DNA of 64,000 nt from Spirochaetia bacterium (GCA_965198005.1 CBDAOI010000004.1:960001-1024000); one strand, 5' to 3'. Positions 1 through 10,334 are shown, counted from the first letter of the stretch. Notes: a model not told the origin generated them from the sequence alone. Made by a program: numbers and translations.

Positions 1-150
1 CGCCGACCACGTCGGCGTGCAGACCATCGCGGCCGACGGCATCGCGCGCGTGGATCTCACTCTGTTCCGGGCCCTCGTCGACGCCGGGGTCTGACGCATG
101 CGGAAGGTCCTGGCGCACCGCAAGACACGGAGCTAGGGCGGGTTCCGCGC

Positions 151-576
151 ATGAGCCCCGCCCTGATCATCACCGTCGCCGTGCAGCTTTCCTGCCAGGT
201 GTTCAAGCTGGTGTACTACTCGATTCGCAACCGGCGGCTGGAGCCGTTCCGGCTGGTCTCGGCGGGCGGCATGCCCAGCGCCCACTCCGCCTTCGTGGCG
301 GCCCTGATCGTGTCGGTCGGCTTGGTCGATGGATGGGACTCCGGCGCCTTCACCGTGGCCGCGGTGCTGGCCGCGATCGTGGTGTTCGACACCCTGCGGC
401 TGCGGCGCACGGTGGACCACCACACGCGCGTGCTGCGCGAGTTGGTGGCGCTGCTCCCGGTGGAGCGGCGCAAGTTTCCCTCGTCGCCGGTCGGGCACAA
501 CGGGTTGGAAGTGGCGGTGGGCCTGGCGGTCGGCGTGGTCCTGACGGTGGCCGCCTACCTGGTGTTCGTCGCCTGA
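151..576 (+). CDS. Divergent PAP2 (DUF212/YuiD-like) membrane protein
   Basis: GGMPSAHSA and GHNGLEVAVG motifs; hydrophobic segments. Confidence 0.85.
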   Translation: MSPALIITVAVQLSCQVFKLVYYSIRNRRLEPFRLVSAGGMPSAHSAFVAALIVSVGLVDGWDSGAFTVAAVLAAIVVFDTLRLRRTVDHHTRVLRELVALLPVERRKFPSSPVGHNGLEVAVGLAVGVVLTVAAYLVFVA

Positions 577-1349
577 GCGCGCAGCTCCAGCGCGGCGCCG
601 ATTACCTGCTCGAACACCTCCAGCGGTTGCGATCCGGCGATCAGTGCCCCGTTGACCACGAACGCGGGCGTGCCGCGTACCCCGGCCGCCAGGCCCGCTT
701 CGTAGTCGGCCTGCACCTGTGCCGCCTTGCGGCCCGAGTCCAGACACTCGTCGAACCGGGCGCGGTTCAGTCCCAGCTCGGCGGCCAGCGCCCGGTACTG
801 CGGCACGCCGCCGCCGGCGCCGCGGCTGAACAGCAGTCCGTGCATCTCCCAGAACCGATCCTGGTCGCGCGCGCACTCGGCCGCCTCCGCCGCCTTGCGC
901 GCGCGCGGATGGATGTCGTCCAAGGGGAAATCCCGGAACACCAGCCGCACCTGCCCGGTATCGACGTAGCGCCGGTGAATGGCCGGCAGGGTCTCGTGAA
1001 AGAACCGGCGGCAGAACGGGCACTCGAAGTCGCTGAACTCGACGATGGTCACCGGCGCGTCCGGGTTGCCGTAGGCCGGCTGGTCCGCCACCAGCTCGGC
1101 CATCGGCACCGGCGAGGAGGGCAGTCCGGGGATGCCGCGCGCGGGCTGCGGCCGGGCGCGCGCGGAGCCGGCCGCCGCAAGCTGCTGCTCGACCGCGCCG
1201 ATGCGGGCGTCCAGGAGCCGGCCGCCGCGCAGCAGCCGCGCCTGCTGCACCACCACCAGCGCGAGCACGACCGTTACCGCCGCCAGCAGGGCCGCGGCCG
1301 CCGGCAGGGCAATGCGTGCCAGCCGCCGCCGCGGCGCGCCGTCAGCCAT
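555..1349 (-). CDS. DsbA-family thioredoxin-fold protein with N-terminal membrane anchor
   Basis: GNPDAPVTIVEFSDFECPFC, RDFPL, GVRGTPAF. Confidence 0.9.
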   Translation of the reverse strand: MADGAPRRRLARIALPAAAALLAAVTVVLALVVVQQARLLRGGRLLDARIGAVEQQLAAAGSARARPQPARGIPGLPSSPVPMAELVADQPAYGNPDAPVTIVEFSDFECPFCRRFFHETLPAIHRRYVDTGQVRLVFRDFPLDDIHPRARKAAEAAECARDQDRFWEMHGLLFSRGAGGGVPQYRALAAELGLNRARFDECLDSGRKAAQVQADYEAGLAAGVRGTPAFVVNGALIAGSQPLEVFEQVIGAALELRAQATNTR

Positions 1350-1361
1350 TGCGGCGCATCC

Positions 1362-2249
1362 TCAGCGACCGAACCATCCGAACGAGTTGGCGAACACCAC
1401 CCAATAGTAGAGCAGGTAGAGCCCGGCGCCCAGCAGAAACATGGCGCTGGCGCGACTGATGGCCAGCATCGAACCGCGCAGCCAGCGCGCCACCGCGCCG
1501 CGGAACAGGGCCGCGCCCACCGTCACCGCGATCAGCACCGTGCCCATGCCGAGCGCGTAGCCCATGAACTGCCCGAACGCGGCGCCCACGCCCCGGGTGC
1601 CGAGGCCGATGCCCACGATCGCCAGAAAGATCGGCAGCGTGCAACTCAGCGAGCTGATCGAGTAGGCGGCGCCGAAGGCGAACACGTTGCCGAGGTTGCG
1701 GCGCGGCGTGACGTGCACGCGGCTGGCCGCCAGAATCGCCAGCTTGCCGCGTCCGAGCAGGAGCCACAGGCCGAGGGCCGCCAGCACCAGCCCCAGGGCG
1801 GCGCCGAAGAAGCGGAAGGAGGCGGTCAGCCACTGGCCGCCGGCGGCGACCACGATCCCCACCGCGGCGGCCACCAGCACGAAGCCGCCGGTGGCCGCCG
1901 CCCCGAGCAGCAGGGCGCGGGCGGTCCGCTCCACCGCCGGGCGGCGGTAGAACCCCTCCTCCTCGGTGCCCAGGTGGTAGGAGACGTAGGTCGGGAGCAT
2001 CACGAACCCGCACGGATTGACGCTCGCCACCATGCCGGCCAGGAACGCAAACACCAATGGCAGCGCGGAGGTCACCGAGGCCGCGGCGGACTCGACCCCC
2101 GCCTGGATGCGGATCACCCCGGCCAGCAGGGCCGCCACCACCAGCGCCGGCACCACCAACGAGACCACCTGGGCGCTACGCTGCGTGCCCGGTCCCGCGA
2201 CCGGCGGCGCCGCGCCGTGCCGCGCACTCAGCGCACGCCGCGTCCTCAT
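1362..2249 (-). CDS. ccdA: Cytochrome c biogenesis CcdA/DsbD-type membrane electron transporter
   Basis: NPCGFVMLPTY and SLSCTLPIF cysteine motifs; ATG at 2249 overlaps the upstream stop (ATGA). Confidence 0.85.
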   Translation of the reverse strand: MRTRRALSARHGAAPPVAGPGTQRSAQVVSLVVPALVVAALLAGVIRIQAGVESAAASVTSALPLVFAFLAGMVASVNPCGFVMLPTYVSYHLGTEEEGFYRRPAVERTARALLLGAAATGGFVLVAAAVGIVVAAGGQWLTASFRFFGAALGLVLAALGLWLLLGRGKLAILAASRVHVTPRRNLGNVFAFGAAYSISSLSCTLPIFLAIVGIGLGTRGVGAAFGQFMGYALGMGTVLIAVTVGAALFRGAVARWLRGSMLAISRASAMFLLGAGLYLLYYWVVFANSFGWFGR

Positions 2250-2974
2250 CGCGCGCCGCGTCCCGCCGCCGCGCTCACGGCCAGCAGCTCGTCCACGAAC
2301 TCGGTCAGCTTGGCGCGCGTCAGCAGGCCGGTCCACTTGTTGCTCAGGCCGCCGTCGGGCGTCACGAACAGGGTGGAGGGCATGCCCAGCACCCCGAACC
2401 GGGCCAACACCGTGGCGTCGTCGGTGGTGCCGGAGGGATAGTCGACCTCCAGCTCCGCCAGCAGCGCCTTGCCCTCGGCGCTGGTGCCGAGCCCGGTGAA
2501 CGGCCCGAGGTCGATGCCGAGCAGGATGATCCGCCCTTCGAACTCGTCGTAGACCTCCTGGAATTCCGGCATCTCGGCGCGGCACGGAGGACACAGCCCG
2601 GCCCAGAAGTTGAGCACCACCGGCTTGCCCTGGGCCAGCACGCTGCTGAGCGCGATCTCCCCGGCGTCCGCCGCCGCGGCGCCCAGCTCGGCGCCACCCT
2701 GATAGACGATGATCTTGAAATCCTCGACCCGCGGCAGCTCGGCCGCCGCGGCTCCCGCCTGCGCCGCGGCATCTTCACCGTCGCGGGCGCAGCCGGCAGC
2801 GGCGAGCAGAGCCACGGCCAGCGCCACGGCCAGTGCCGTGGCCAACAGCGCCCGTTGCGCCGGCGGCGCGGGCTGGCGCAGCCTCATCGCGGCCGGCTTG
2901 GCGCCGGCCGCGGCCGCCGGCCATTCACCGGCGCGTTGCCGGCGTATGCGTTGCTCTCGTTGCTCTCGGTCCAC
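2246..2974 (-). CDS. TlpA-family disulfide reductase (lipoprotein); true start may be downstream
   Basis: VVLNFWAGLCPPCRAEMP; lipobox-like LAAAGC; GMPST. Confidence 0.88.
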   Translation of the reverse strand: MDREQREQRIRRQRAGEWPAAAAGAKPAAMRLRQPAPPAQRALLATALAVALAVALLAAAGCARDGEDAAAQAGAAAAELPRVEDFKIIVYQGGAELGAAAADAGEIALSSVLAQGKPVVLNFWAGLCPPCRAEMPEFQEVYDEFEGRIILLGIDLGPFTGLGTSAEGKALLAELEVDYPSGTTDDATVLARFGVLGMPSTLFVTPDGGLSNKWTGLLTRAKLTEFVDELLAVSAAAGRGAR

Positions 2975-3168
2975 GCTTGTCTGACGACTCCAGCGACGGG
3001 GATCATACTTCGGACGGGCGTCGACGCTGAAGCCGCGCCCCTGGACTCATAATAACGGAGGCCCCTCGCCGGCGGCCACGAACGAACGGCGGATGCTGCG
3101 GGCGGTCGTCCGCGTCGGTTCGGTGCGCTTTGCAGGGGTGGGGCACTCGGATAGACTTGGCGCTCGCC

Positions 3169-3834
3169 ATGGCGCCAACGGCGGCCGCGCCGCGCACCAA
3201 CCAGCAGTGGCTGACCGATCTCCGCACCGCCGGGCCGGCCCGCGACGCCGCGTTGTCCGATCTGCGCCGGCTCCTGGTCGCCGGTCTGCAGCGCGGTCTG
3301 GCCCGGCGCGGGGGCGGGTCCGGCGGCGGGCGCGGCGGCCTCCACTTCCAGATCCACTCCCAGATCGAAGACTTCGTGCAGGAAGCCCTGGTCAAGATCC
3401 TCGACCGCCTGGATTCGTTTCGCGACCGCAGCCGCTTCACCACCTGGGCGCACAAGATCGCGATTCACGTAGCGCTGACCGAGCTGCGGCGCAAGCGCTG
3501 GCAGGACGTGTCGCTCGACGCGCTCCTGGTCCCTCCGCCCGGCGCGCGCGCCCGGGAGTTCGCGGACCCGCAGGCGGGACCCGCCCGGATCAGCGGCAGG
3601 AAGCAGGCCCTGGCCCTGGTGCAGCACTACCTCGAGCGGCATCTCAGTCCCCGGCAGCGCCAGGCTTTGGTGGCGGTGGCGCTGTACGGCATGCCGCTGG
3701 AGGAGGTCGCGCGGCGCATGGGGAGCAACCGGAACGCGCTTTACAAGCTGCTGCACGACGCCCGCAAGCGGTTGAAACAGAGGATGATCGCGGACGGCCT
3801 GACCCCGGAGCGGGTGCTGGCGCTGTTCGATTGA
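3169..3834 (+). CDS. ECF RNA polymerase sigma-70 factor
   Basis: EDFVQEAL...SRFTTWAHKIA region 2; HTH region 4 LEEVARRMGSNRNALYKLLHDARKRL. Confidence 0.9.
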   Translation: MAPTAAAPRTNQQWLTDLRTAGPARDAALSDLRRLLVAGLQRGLARRGGGSGGGRGGLHFQIHSQIEDFVQEALVKILDRLDSFRDRSRFTTWAHKIAIHVALTELRRKRWQDVSLDALLVPPPGARAREFADPQAGPARISGRKQALALVQHYLERHLSPRQRQALVAVALYGMPLEEVARRMGSNRNALYKLLHDARKRLKQRMIADGLTPERVLALFD

Positions 3835-3917
3835 CGGCGGTGAGCAGGTGAGGACGTGATGAGAGATTGCATGGTAAGCGCCGCGTACGCCGGGGCGTCA
3901 GATTGGAGAGAGGTCGG

Positions 3918-4211
3918 ATGAGACTGCTGTCGCGACTCCGGATCAGCGCCGGCGGGCTGCTGGGCGAGCCGCTGCCCGGGCAGCCGCGGGTCACGCTGCG
4001 CCATTTCCTGGCCGGGCTGGCGCGCGCGGTGGCCGCCACCGATGAACGGGAGCTGTCGTGTGACGAGTGCGGGGAAGAGCTGGACCGCCTGGTCGAGCTC
4101 GAGGCGGCCGGCGTCTCCGAGCGCGAGCTGCTGGCGCTGGTCCGCGCCCATCTGCAGCGGTGCGGCGACTGCTACGAGGAATACGAGACATTGCGGCGCA
4201 GCCTGCGGTAG
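3918..4211 (+). CDS. Zinc-finger anti-sigma factor-like protein
   Basis: ELSCDEC...HLQRCGDC (HxxxCxxC) directly downstream of the ECF sigma. Confidence 0.75.
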   Translation: MRLLSRLRISAGGLLGEPLPGQPRVTLRHFLAGLARAVAATDERELSCDECGEELDRLVELEAAGVSERELLALVRAHLQRCGDCYEEYETLRRSLR

Positions 4212-4753
4212 TGCGAGAGTGGTACGGCGATCTGCGCGCCCTGTTCCTCAACTGCACGCTCAAGCGGTCGCCCGGGCTGTCGCACACGCAGGGGCTGATC
4301 GACGTGGCGGCCGCGATCATGCGCCAGCAGGGCGTGTCGGTCGCCACGCTGCGACCGGTCGACCACGACCTCGCGCACGGCCAGTACGCCTACTACGGGC
4401 GGGTAGGGGGCTGTCTGATCACCGGCAACGAAGATGGCGCGAACCATTGCGCGATGAACATCCTGTACTCGCTGCAGCACCTGGGCTACGCCGTGCCGCC
4501 GCAGGCGGATGCCGGCTGGCTGGGCGAGGCGGCGCCGGGGCCGTCCTACCTGGATCCGGGGTCCGGCGGTCCCGCGAACGACTTCACCAACCGCAATACG
4601 ACGTTCATGGCCTGGAACCTGATGCACCTGGCGCGCCTGCTCAAGGACGCCGGCGGCATTCCCGCCCACGGCAATCAGCGGTCGCGGTGGGACGCCGGTG
4701 AACGGTTCGGCTTCGCGCCTGCCACGCCTGCCACGCCTGCCGGGGCAGCTTGA
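4211..4753 (+). pseudogene. Flavodoxin/NADPH-dependent FMN reductase family gene with in-frame internal deletion
   Basis: NCTLKRSP..SHT and GQYAYYGRVGGCLITGNEDG are joined directly; the central segment usual in this family (ADILV..PIWLG) is absent. Confidence 0.7.
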
Positions 4754-4783
4754 CGGACGCCGCGCGCGGGCCGGGGCGAAAGC

Positions 4784-5374
4784 GTGATCCGGTCGGCGCG
4801 GCTGCGGTTCAAGTGGCAGCGACGGGTGCGCGCCCGGCACGCGCTGGAGTTCGCGCCGGGACTCAACACCCTGGCCGGCCCCAACGGTTCCGGCAAAAGC
4901 ACCATCATCAAGGCGCTGCTGCAGGGGGAGGACTGCGACCTCCGGTTCGAGGGCACCCGGGCGCGGCGGCTGTTCGACACCGAGCTGATGAACCCGCGCG
5001 TCCTGACCGGCCCCGCGCCCACGCCCGCGGCCATGGCGCTGCGCCTGCGCGGCCAGTTCTCGTCGCACGGGCAGATGATCCGGCAGGCGCTGGACGCGCT
5101 CGAGAGCGCCGAGCGCGGCACCACGTTCCTGATCGACGAACCGGAGGCGGGCCAGGACTTCGCCGCGGTGGCGCGGATCAAGCGGCTGCTGGATGCGGCC
5201 TGCCGGCAGGGATTCCAGATCATCGTGGCCTCGCATCACCCCATCTTCTGGTACGACACCAACCTGATCGAGCTGGAGCCGGGCTACGCCGCGCGGGTGG
5301 TGGCGGCGCTGGCGGCGCTCGCCCGCCGGTCGGGTCGGACCCACCGGACCCACCGGACCCACCGGAAAATGTAG
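4784..5374 (+). CDS. Small ABC-type/AAA ATPase
   Basis: Walker A GPNGSGKS, SSHGQ signature-like motif, Walker B FLIDEPE, H-loop IVASHHP. Confidence 0.8.
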   Translation: MIRSARLRFKWQRRVRARHALEFAPGLNTLAGPNGSGKSTIIKALLQGEDCDLRFEGTRARRLFDTELMNPRVLTGPAPTPAAMALRLRGQFSSHGQMIRQALDALESAERGTTFLIDEPEAGQDFAAVARIKRLLDAACRQGFQIIVASHHPIFWYDTNLIELEPGYAARVVAALAALARRSGRTHRTHRTHRKM

Positions 5375-5419
5375 CCGCCGGCCGGCGGCTGTGATAAGTT
5401 GAGGGCGGATTCCAGCGCC

Positions 5420-5734
5420 ATGCCTGTCTACGGGTATTTCTGCACCGTCTGCGAGCACCGGTTCGACCGGCTCGTCCCCCTGGCCGCGGTGGCTCACGGC
5501 GACCGCGGGATGGACTGCCCGGCGTGCGGGGCCGCCGCCCGGCGCGACTACGGCGCCAACCGGGTGGCCACGCCGAGCATCGGCGCCGACGCTGACCTGC
5601 GCGAGGACGCCGAGCCCTATCGCGCCATGCACTATCACGAGAAGCGCGGCGAGTGGGAGCAGGCGGCCAAGGCCGCGGAGGGCGTAAGCGACTTCGCCCG
5701 GCAGAAGTTCATCCGGAAGGCGGAGCAGGAGTAG
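5420..5734 (+). CDS. FmdB-family zinc-ribbon protein
   Basis: MPVYGYFCTVC...CPACG. Confidence 0.8.
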   Translation: MPVYGYFCTVCEHRFDRLVPLAAVAHGDRGMDCPACGAAARRDYGANRVATPSIGADADLREDAEPYRAMHYHEKRGEWEQAAKAAEGVSDFARQKFIRKAEQE

Positions 5735-5785
5735 CCGGACCATCGGCAAACATCGGCACGCGCGGGCGTGTCGCCGGAGCATCAC

Positions 5786-6673
5786 ATGGACACCGACAAG
5801 GAAACCGCGCGCATCGCCGCACTCCTGCGCGACCAGGACTACATCGCCGACGACGCCATCGTGACTTCGCTGCTGATCGCCGAGCGGCTGCGCAAGCCGT
5901 TGCTGGTCGAGGGACCGGCGGGGGTCGGCAAGACCGAGATCGCCAAGGTGCTGGCGCGCGCGCTGGACACCGACCTGATCCGGCTGCAGTGCTACGAGGG
6001 GCTCGACGCCGCCACCGCGCTGTACGAGTGGGACTACAAGCGGCAGCTCCTGCACATCCGCTTGAGCGAGCACGACGGCGGTTCGCTGACCGAGCGCGAG
6101 CGGGCGCTGTTCGACGAGCGCTACCTGCTCAAGCGGCCGCTGCTGCGCGCCATTACCCATCACCGCAGCCCGGTGCTGCTGGTGGATGAGCTGGACCGCG
6201 CCGACGAGGAGTTCGAAGCGTTCCTGCTGGAGGTGCTGTCCGACTGGCAGATCTCGATTCCGGAGTTGGGCACGGTCACCGCCGGCCACGTGCCGTACGT
6301 GGTGGTGACCAGCAATCGCATGCGCGAGCTGTCCGACGCGGTGCGCCGGCGCTGCCTGTACCTGTGGATCGACTACCCGGACTACGACAAGGAGCTGGCC
6401 ATCGTGCGCCGGCGCGTGCCCGGCATCGACGCCGAGTTCGCCGCGCGCATCTGCCGGTTCGTGCAGGCGGCGCGCGCCGAGCCGCTGCAGAAGGTGCCGG
6501 GGGTGGCCGAGACGCTGGACTGGGCGGCCACGCTGGTGGCGCTGCACCGCGACCACCTCGACCGGGCGGTGGTGGAGTCGACCCTGGGGGTGATGTTCAA
6601 GAACCGGACCGACGTCAACCACGTGCGGGAGCGCGCCGCGCACCTGCTGGCCGCGGTCGGGGGCGGCGGCTGA
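5786..6673 (+). CDS. MoxR-family AAA+ ATPase (CoxD-like)
   Basis: EGPAGVGKTE, RLQCYEGLD, LLVDELDRADEEFEAFLLE, SDAVRRRC. Confidence 0.92.
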   Translation: MDTDKETARIAALLRDQDYIADDAIVTSLLIAERLRKPLLVEGPAGVGKTEIAKVLARALDTDLIRLQCYEGLDAATALYEWDYKRQLLHIRLSEHDGGSLTERERALFDERYLLKRPLLRAITHHRSPVLLVDELDRADEEFEAFLLEVLSDWQISIPELGTVTAGHVPYVVVTSNRMRELSDAVRRRCLYLWIDYPDYDKELAIVRRRVPGIDAEFAARICRFVQAARAEPLQKVPGVAETLDWAATLVALHRDHLDRAVVESTLGVMFKNRTDVNHVRERAAHLLAAVGGGG

Positions 6674-7848
6674 CCGACCGCAACCGCGAACCCGCGGCGC
6701 GCGGCCGCGGCGCACTGTCCAACCACGTGGTCGGCTTCTGCCGGGTGCTGCGGCAGGCGGGGGTGGGGCTGGGCCCGGGCGAGCACGTCGACGCCCTGCG
6801 CGCCGCGGCCCTGACGGTGGAGCACCCGCGCCGGTTTCGCCTCGCGCTACGCGCCGCCACCGCCAAGTCGCGCGCCGAGCAGGAGCTGTTCGACGCCTGC
6901 TACGGCCCCTACTGGGACACCGTGGCGGCGGCCGCCGGCCCGGAGGACGCCGCGCCGCCCGACCCGGTGCTGCCGCCGGCGCGACTGCCGGCGCGGGCGC
7001 AGTCGACCCCGCAGTTCGCCGCGCGGCGGGCGGCCGACAGCGACCCGGAGGCCGCGGCCGCGGCCTACAGCCCGCACCGGGTCTCGGCCCACACCGACTT
7101 CGCCCTGATCGAGGGCGACGAGCTGGAACGGATCTCGGAGCTGCTGCTGCTGATCGGCCGCCAGCTCGCCCGCTCCCTGTCGCGCCGCCATGCCCCGGAC
7201 GCCACCGGGGCACGGCTGGACCTGCGGCGCACGCTGCGCGCCGGGCTCCGGTCCGGCGAGCTGCTGGAGCTGGCGCTGCTGCGGCGCCGCCGGCGGCGGT
7301 TGAAACTGGTGCTGATCTGCGACGTGAGCAAGTCGATGGACATCTACAGCCGCTTCCTGATCCAGTTCATGTTCGCGTTTCAGCGCGCCTACCGCCGCCT
7401 CGAGACCTTCGTGTTCAGCACGGCTCTGCACCGGGTGACCGACCAGTTGCGCGGCCCCAACCTGCGGGCGGCGCTCGACCACCTGGCGGCGACCGTGCCG
7501 GAGTGGGCCGGCGGCACCCGCATCGGCGCGTCGCTGCGCCAGTATCTGGATGAGCACGGCCGCGCCACCCTCGACCGGCGGACGGTGGTGGCGATCCTCA
7601 GCGACGGCTGGGACACCGGCGACGTCGACGTCCTCGGCGCGGCGATGGAGGAGATGCACCGCAGCGCCGGGCTGGTGCTGTGGCTCAACCCCCTGCTCGG
7701 CCATCCCGGCTACCGTCCGGAGACGCGCGGCATGCAGGCGGCGCTGCCGTTCACCGACCTGTTCGCTCCCGCCCACAACGCCGCCAGCCTGCGCAGCCTG
7801 GCCACCCTGCTGGCCGGCGGGCGCGCCCGCCGCCGGCGTCCGGTATGA
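6670..7848 (+). CDS. VWA domain protein (CoxE-like); start approximate
   Basis: DVSKSM MIDAS, GGTRIG, SDGWDTG, WLNPL, TRGM. Confidence 0.88.
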   Translation: MTDRNREPAARGRGALSNHVVGFCRVLRQAGVGLGPGEHVDALRAAALTVEHPRRFRLALRAATAKSRAEQELFDACYGPYWDTVAAAAGPEDAAPPDPVLPPARLPARAQSTPQFAARRAADSDPEAAAAAYSPHRVSAHTDFALIEGDELERISELLLLIGRQLARSLSRRHAPDATGARLDLRRTLRAGLRSGELLELALLRRRRRRLKLVLICDVSKSMDIYSRFLIQFMFAFQRAYRRLETFVFSTALHRVTDQLRGPNLRAALDHLAATVPEWAGGTRIGASLRQYLDEHGRATLDRRTVVAILSDGWDTGDVDVLGAAMEEMHRSAGLVLWLNPLLGHPGYRPETRGMQAALPFTDLFAPAHNAASLRSLATLLAGGRARRRRPV

Positions 7849-7855
7849 TGCGCGC

Positions 7856-9391
7856 ATGAAGCACGTGAACGGGAAGGCGGACGCGGCGGGGGCGGCGGCG
7901 GGCGGCCCGTTGCCGCGGCTCAAGCGGCTGGACCGGGAGATCCATCTGCTGGAGCACGTCGCCGCCCTGCTGCAGTGGGACCAGGAGACCTGCATGCCGC
8001 CGGCGGCCATCGACGAGCGCGCCGAGCAGTTGGCCCTGCTGCACGGCGAGATCCACGACCGGCGCACCGCGCCCGAGCTGGGCGACCTGATCGCCGCCGG
8101 CGAGGAGTTGACCGGCCCGGGCGAACGGGACCGGGCGCTGCTGCGCGAGCTGCGGCGCAGCTACGACCGCGAAACGAAGCTGCCGAAGGCTCTGGTCACC
8201 GCGATCGCCCGCCAGGCGAGCATCAATCACGGCAGTTGGGTAGCGGCGCGCACCGCGTCCGAGTTCGCCATCTTCCGTCCCGACCTGGAGGAAACGCTGC
8301 GGCTGACGCGCGCCAAGGCGGACCACCTGGGATTCGAGGACACCCGCTACGCGCCGTTGCTGGACGAATTCGAGCCGTGGATGACGCCGGCCGAGCTGTC
8401 CGCCGTGTTCGACGCCCTGCGCGGTCCGCTGGTGGATCTGCTGGAGCGGATCACCGCCTCTCCCGTGGTGCTGGACGACGCCGTCCTGCGCCGCGACTAC
8501 GACGTTGCCGCGCAGCGCGCGTTCTCCGAGCACCTGCTGGAGGCGCTCGGGTTCGACGCGCAACGCGGCCGGCTGGACGTCTCCGCGCACCCGTTCTCGA
8601 CCACTCTCGGCGCGGCCGACGGGCGGCTGACCACGCGGTTTCAGCCCAACCTGCTGAGCGGGAGCATGTTCGGCACGATTCACGAGTGCGGGCACGGCCT
8701 GCACGGGCTGGGCGTGGCGCCGGAGCTGGCCACCAGCGAGCTGGGCGACGGCGCCTCGCTCGGCATCTGCGAATCGCAGTCCCGCTTCTGGGAGAACCTG
8801 ATCGGGCGCAGCCGCGCCTTCTGGGAGCACTTCTACCCGCACCTGCAGCCGCGCTTCCCGGCGCTCGCCGGCGTCGGGCTGGAGCAGTTCTACCAGGCGA
8901 TCAACGCGGTACGGCCGTCGCTGATCCGGATCGAAGCGGACGAGGTGACCTACAACCTCCACATCCTGCTGCGCTTCACGCTCGAGCGCCGGCTGGTGGA
9001 CGGCGAGCTCGAGGTGGCCGACCTGCCGGACGCGTGGCGCGCGGAGGCGCGCAGCCTGCTCGGCATCACGCCGGAGCGGGACGCCGACGGCGTGCTGCAG
9101 GACATCCACTGGTCGATGTTCGCGATCGGCTACTTCCCCACCTACACGCTCGGCAACCTGTACGGCGCCCAGTTTCACGCCGCCATGGCGCGCGCCATCC
9201 CCGACTGGGAGGAGCAGGTGCGCGGCGGGCGGTTCGGGCAGATCCTGGAGTGGCTGCGGCAGCGGATCCACCGCCACGGGCGGGTGTATCCGGCCGCCGA
9301 GGTGTGCCGGCGGGTGACCGGCGCGGCGCTCGACCCCGGCTGCTTCATCGCCTACCTGGAACGCAAGTTCGGGGAGCTGTACCGCCTGTAG
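7856..9391 (+). CDS. Carboxypeptidase M32 (Taq-type)
   Basis: HPF, HECGH, ESQ, IRIEADE, DIHW, GYFPTY motifs. Confidence 0.93.
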   Translation: MKHVNGKADAAGAAAGGPLPRLKRLDREIHLLEHVAALLQWDQETCMPPAAIDERAEQLALLHGEIHDRRTAPELGDLIAAGEELTGPGERDRALLRELRRSYDRETKLPKALVTAIARQASINHGSWVAARTASEFAIFRPDLEETLRLTRAKADHLGFEDTRYAPLLDEFEPWMTPAELSAVFDALRGPLVDLLERITASPVVLDDAVLRRDYDVAAQRAFSEHLLEALGFDAQRGRLDVSAHPFSTTLGAADGRLTTRFQPNLLSGSMFGTIHECGHGLHGLGVAPELATSELGDGASLGICESQSRFWENLIGRSRAFWEHFYPHLQPRFPALAGVGLEQFYQAINAVRPSLIRIEADEVTYNLHILLRFTLERRLVDGELEVADLPDAWRAEARSLLGITPERDADGVLQDIHWSMFAIGYFPTYTLGNLYGAQFHAAMARAIPDWEEQVRGGRFGQILEWLRQRIHRHGRVYPAAEVCRRVTGAALDPGCFIAYLERKFGELYRL

Positions 9392-9542
9392 GGCCGCGGT
9401 ACCGGTTGCAGTGCCGGTGGTACCGGTCGCAGGGCGACCGTACCGGCCGTCGGGCAAGTCCCGGCCGTACCGGGCCGGCGCGCGCGGGTCGCGTGCGGCG
9501 TGGCCGGCGCGCTCCCGGGGCTCCCTCCCGGCGCGGGGCCGC

Positions 9543-10200
9543 TCAGCCCACCACGGGCAGTTCCGCCAGGGCGGCGTCCACCTGCTCCCGCGGATACTCG
9601 TAGTTGACCAGCCGGCCGTCGAGGAACGCGCGGTACGCCTGCATGTCGAAGTGGCCGTGGCCGCACAGGTTGAAGGCGATCACCTTCCTCTGTCCCGACT
9701 CACGGCACTGCAGCGCCTCGTCGATGGCGGCGCGGACCGCGTGCGCGGGCTCCGGCGCCGGCACGATCCCTTCGGTGCGCGCGAACCGCTGCGCCGCCTC
9801 GAACACCGGCACCTGCGGCACGGCGCGGCCCTCGATCAGCCCCAGGTCGCAGAGGTGGCAGATCAGCGGCGCCATGCCGTGGTAGCGCAGGCCGCCGGCG
9901 TGGATCGGCGCCGGGATGAAGGAGTGGCCGCGGGTGTACATCTTGAGCAGCGGGGTGGTGGCCGCGGCGCCGGGCCCGGATCAGGGGAGTCGGCCGCCAC
10001 AGCCGGTAGATCTCGCGCTCCCGGCTCACCTCCTGCTTGATCAGCTCCATGGCGAACAGCGGCGCCAGATCGTCGGGCCGCACCGGGTCCATGCGGCCGG
10101 GATGGATCACCGGCGGCAGCGGCTCCGGCAGATCGGCCTGGATGTTGTACCAGGCCGCGGGAATCTCGGACTGCGGCAGATCATACCGGACGGCGTCCAT
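9543..10200 (-). pseudogene. trpB2: TrpB2-like (tryptophan synthase beta type 2) remnant with large internal deletion and frameshift
   Basis: N-terminus WYNIQADLP...WRPTPL joined at ~9960 to C-terminus [29 protein letters not shown]; the PLP-lysine region is missing. Confidence 0.85.
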
Positions 10201-10334
10201 GGTCAAGCCTCCTCGCGCCACGCGCGACGGCCCGGTGTAGCGCATTTCCAGCAATGGCTCCATCGTGGAGTGCGAAGGCTACGCAAAAGACGCGGCTTAC
10301 CGATGTCGAGGCCCCCGCCGCTTCAAGACCGATC

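Noticed and set aside
4716-5365. 9-bp triple repeats at 4716-4741 and 5336-5365
   Set aside because: Short in-frame slippage repeats at gene ends; no array structure
9395-9480. GTACCGG quasi-repeats between convergent genes
   Set aside because: Irregular and short, with no spacers; not CRISPR and not a convincing terminator
333-9603. Long alternative-frame ORFs (e.g. 333-2441 +, 4172-7213 -, 7751-9457 -, 7975-9603 +)
   Set aside because: Arg/Gly/Ala/Pro-rich shadows of real genes in very high-GC DNA
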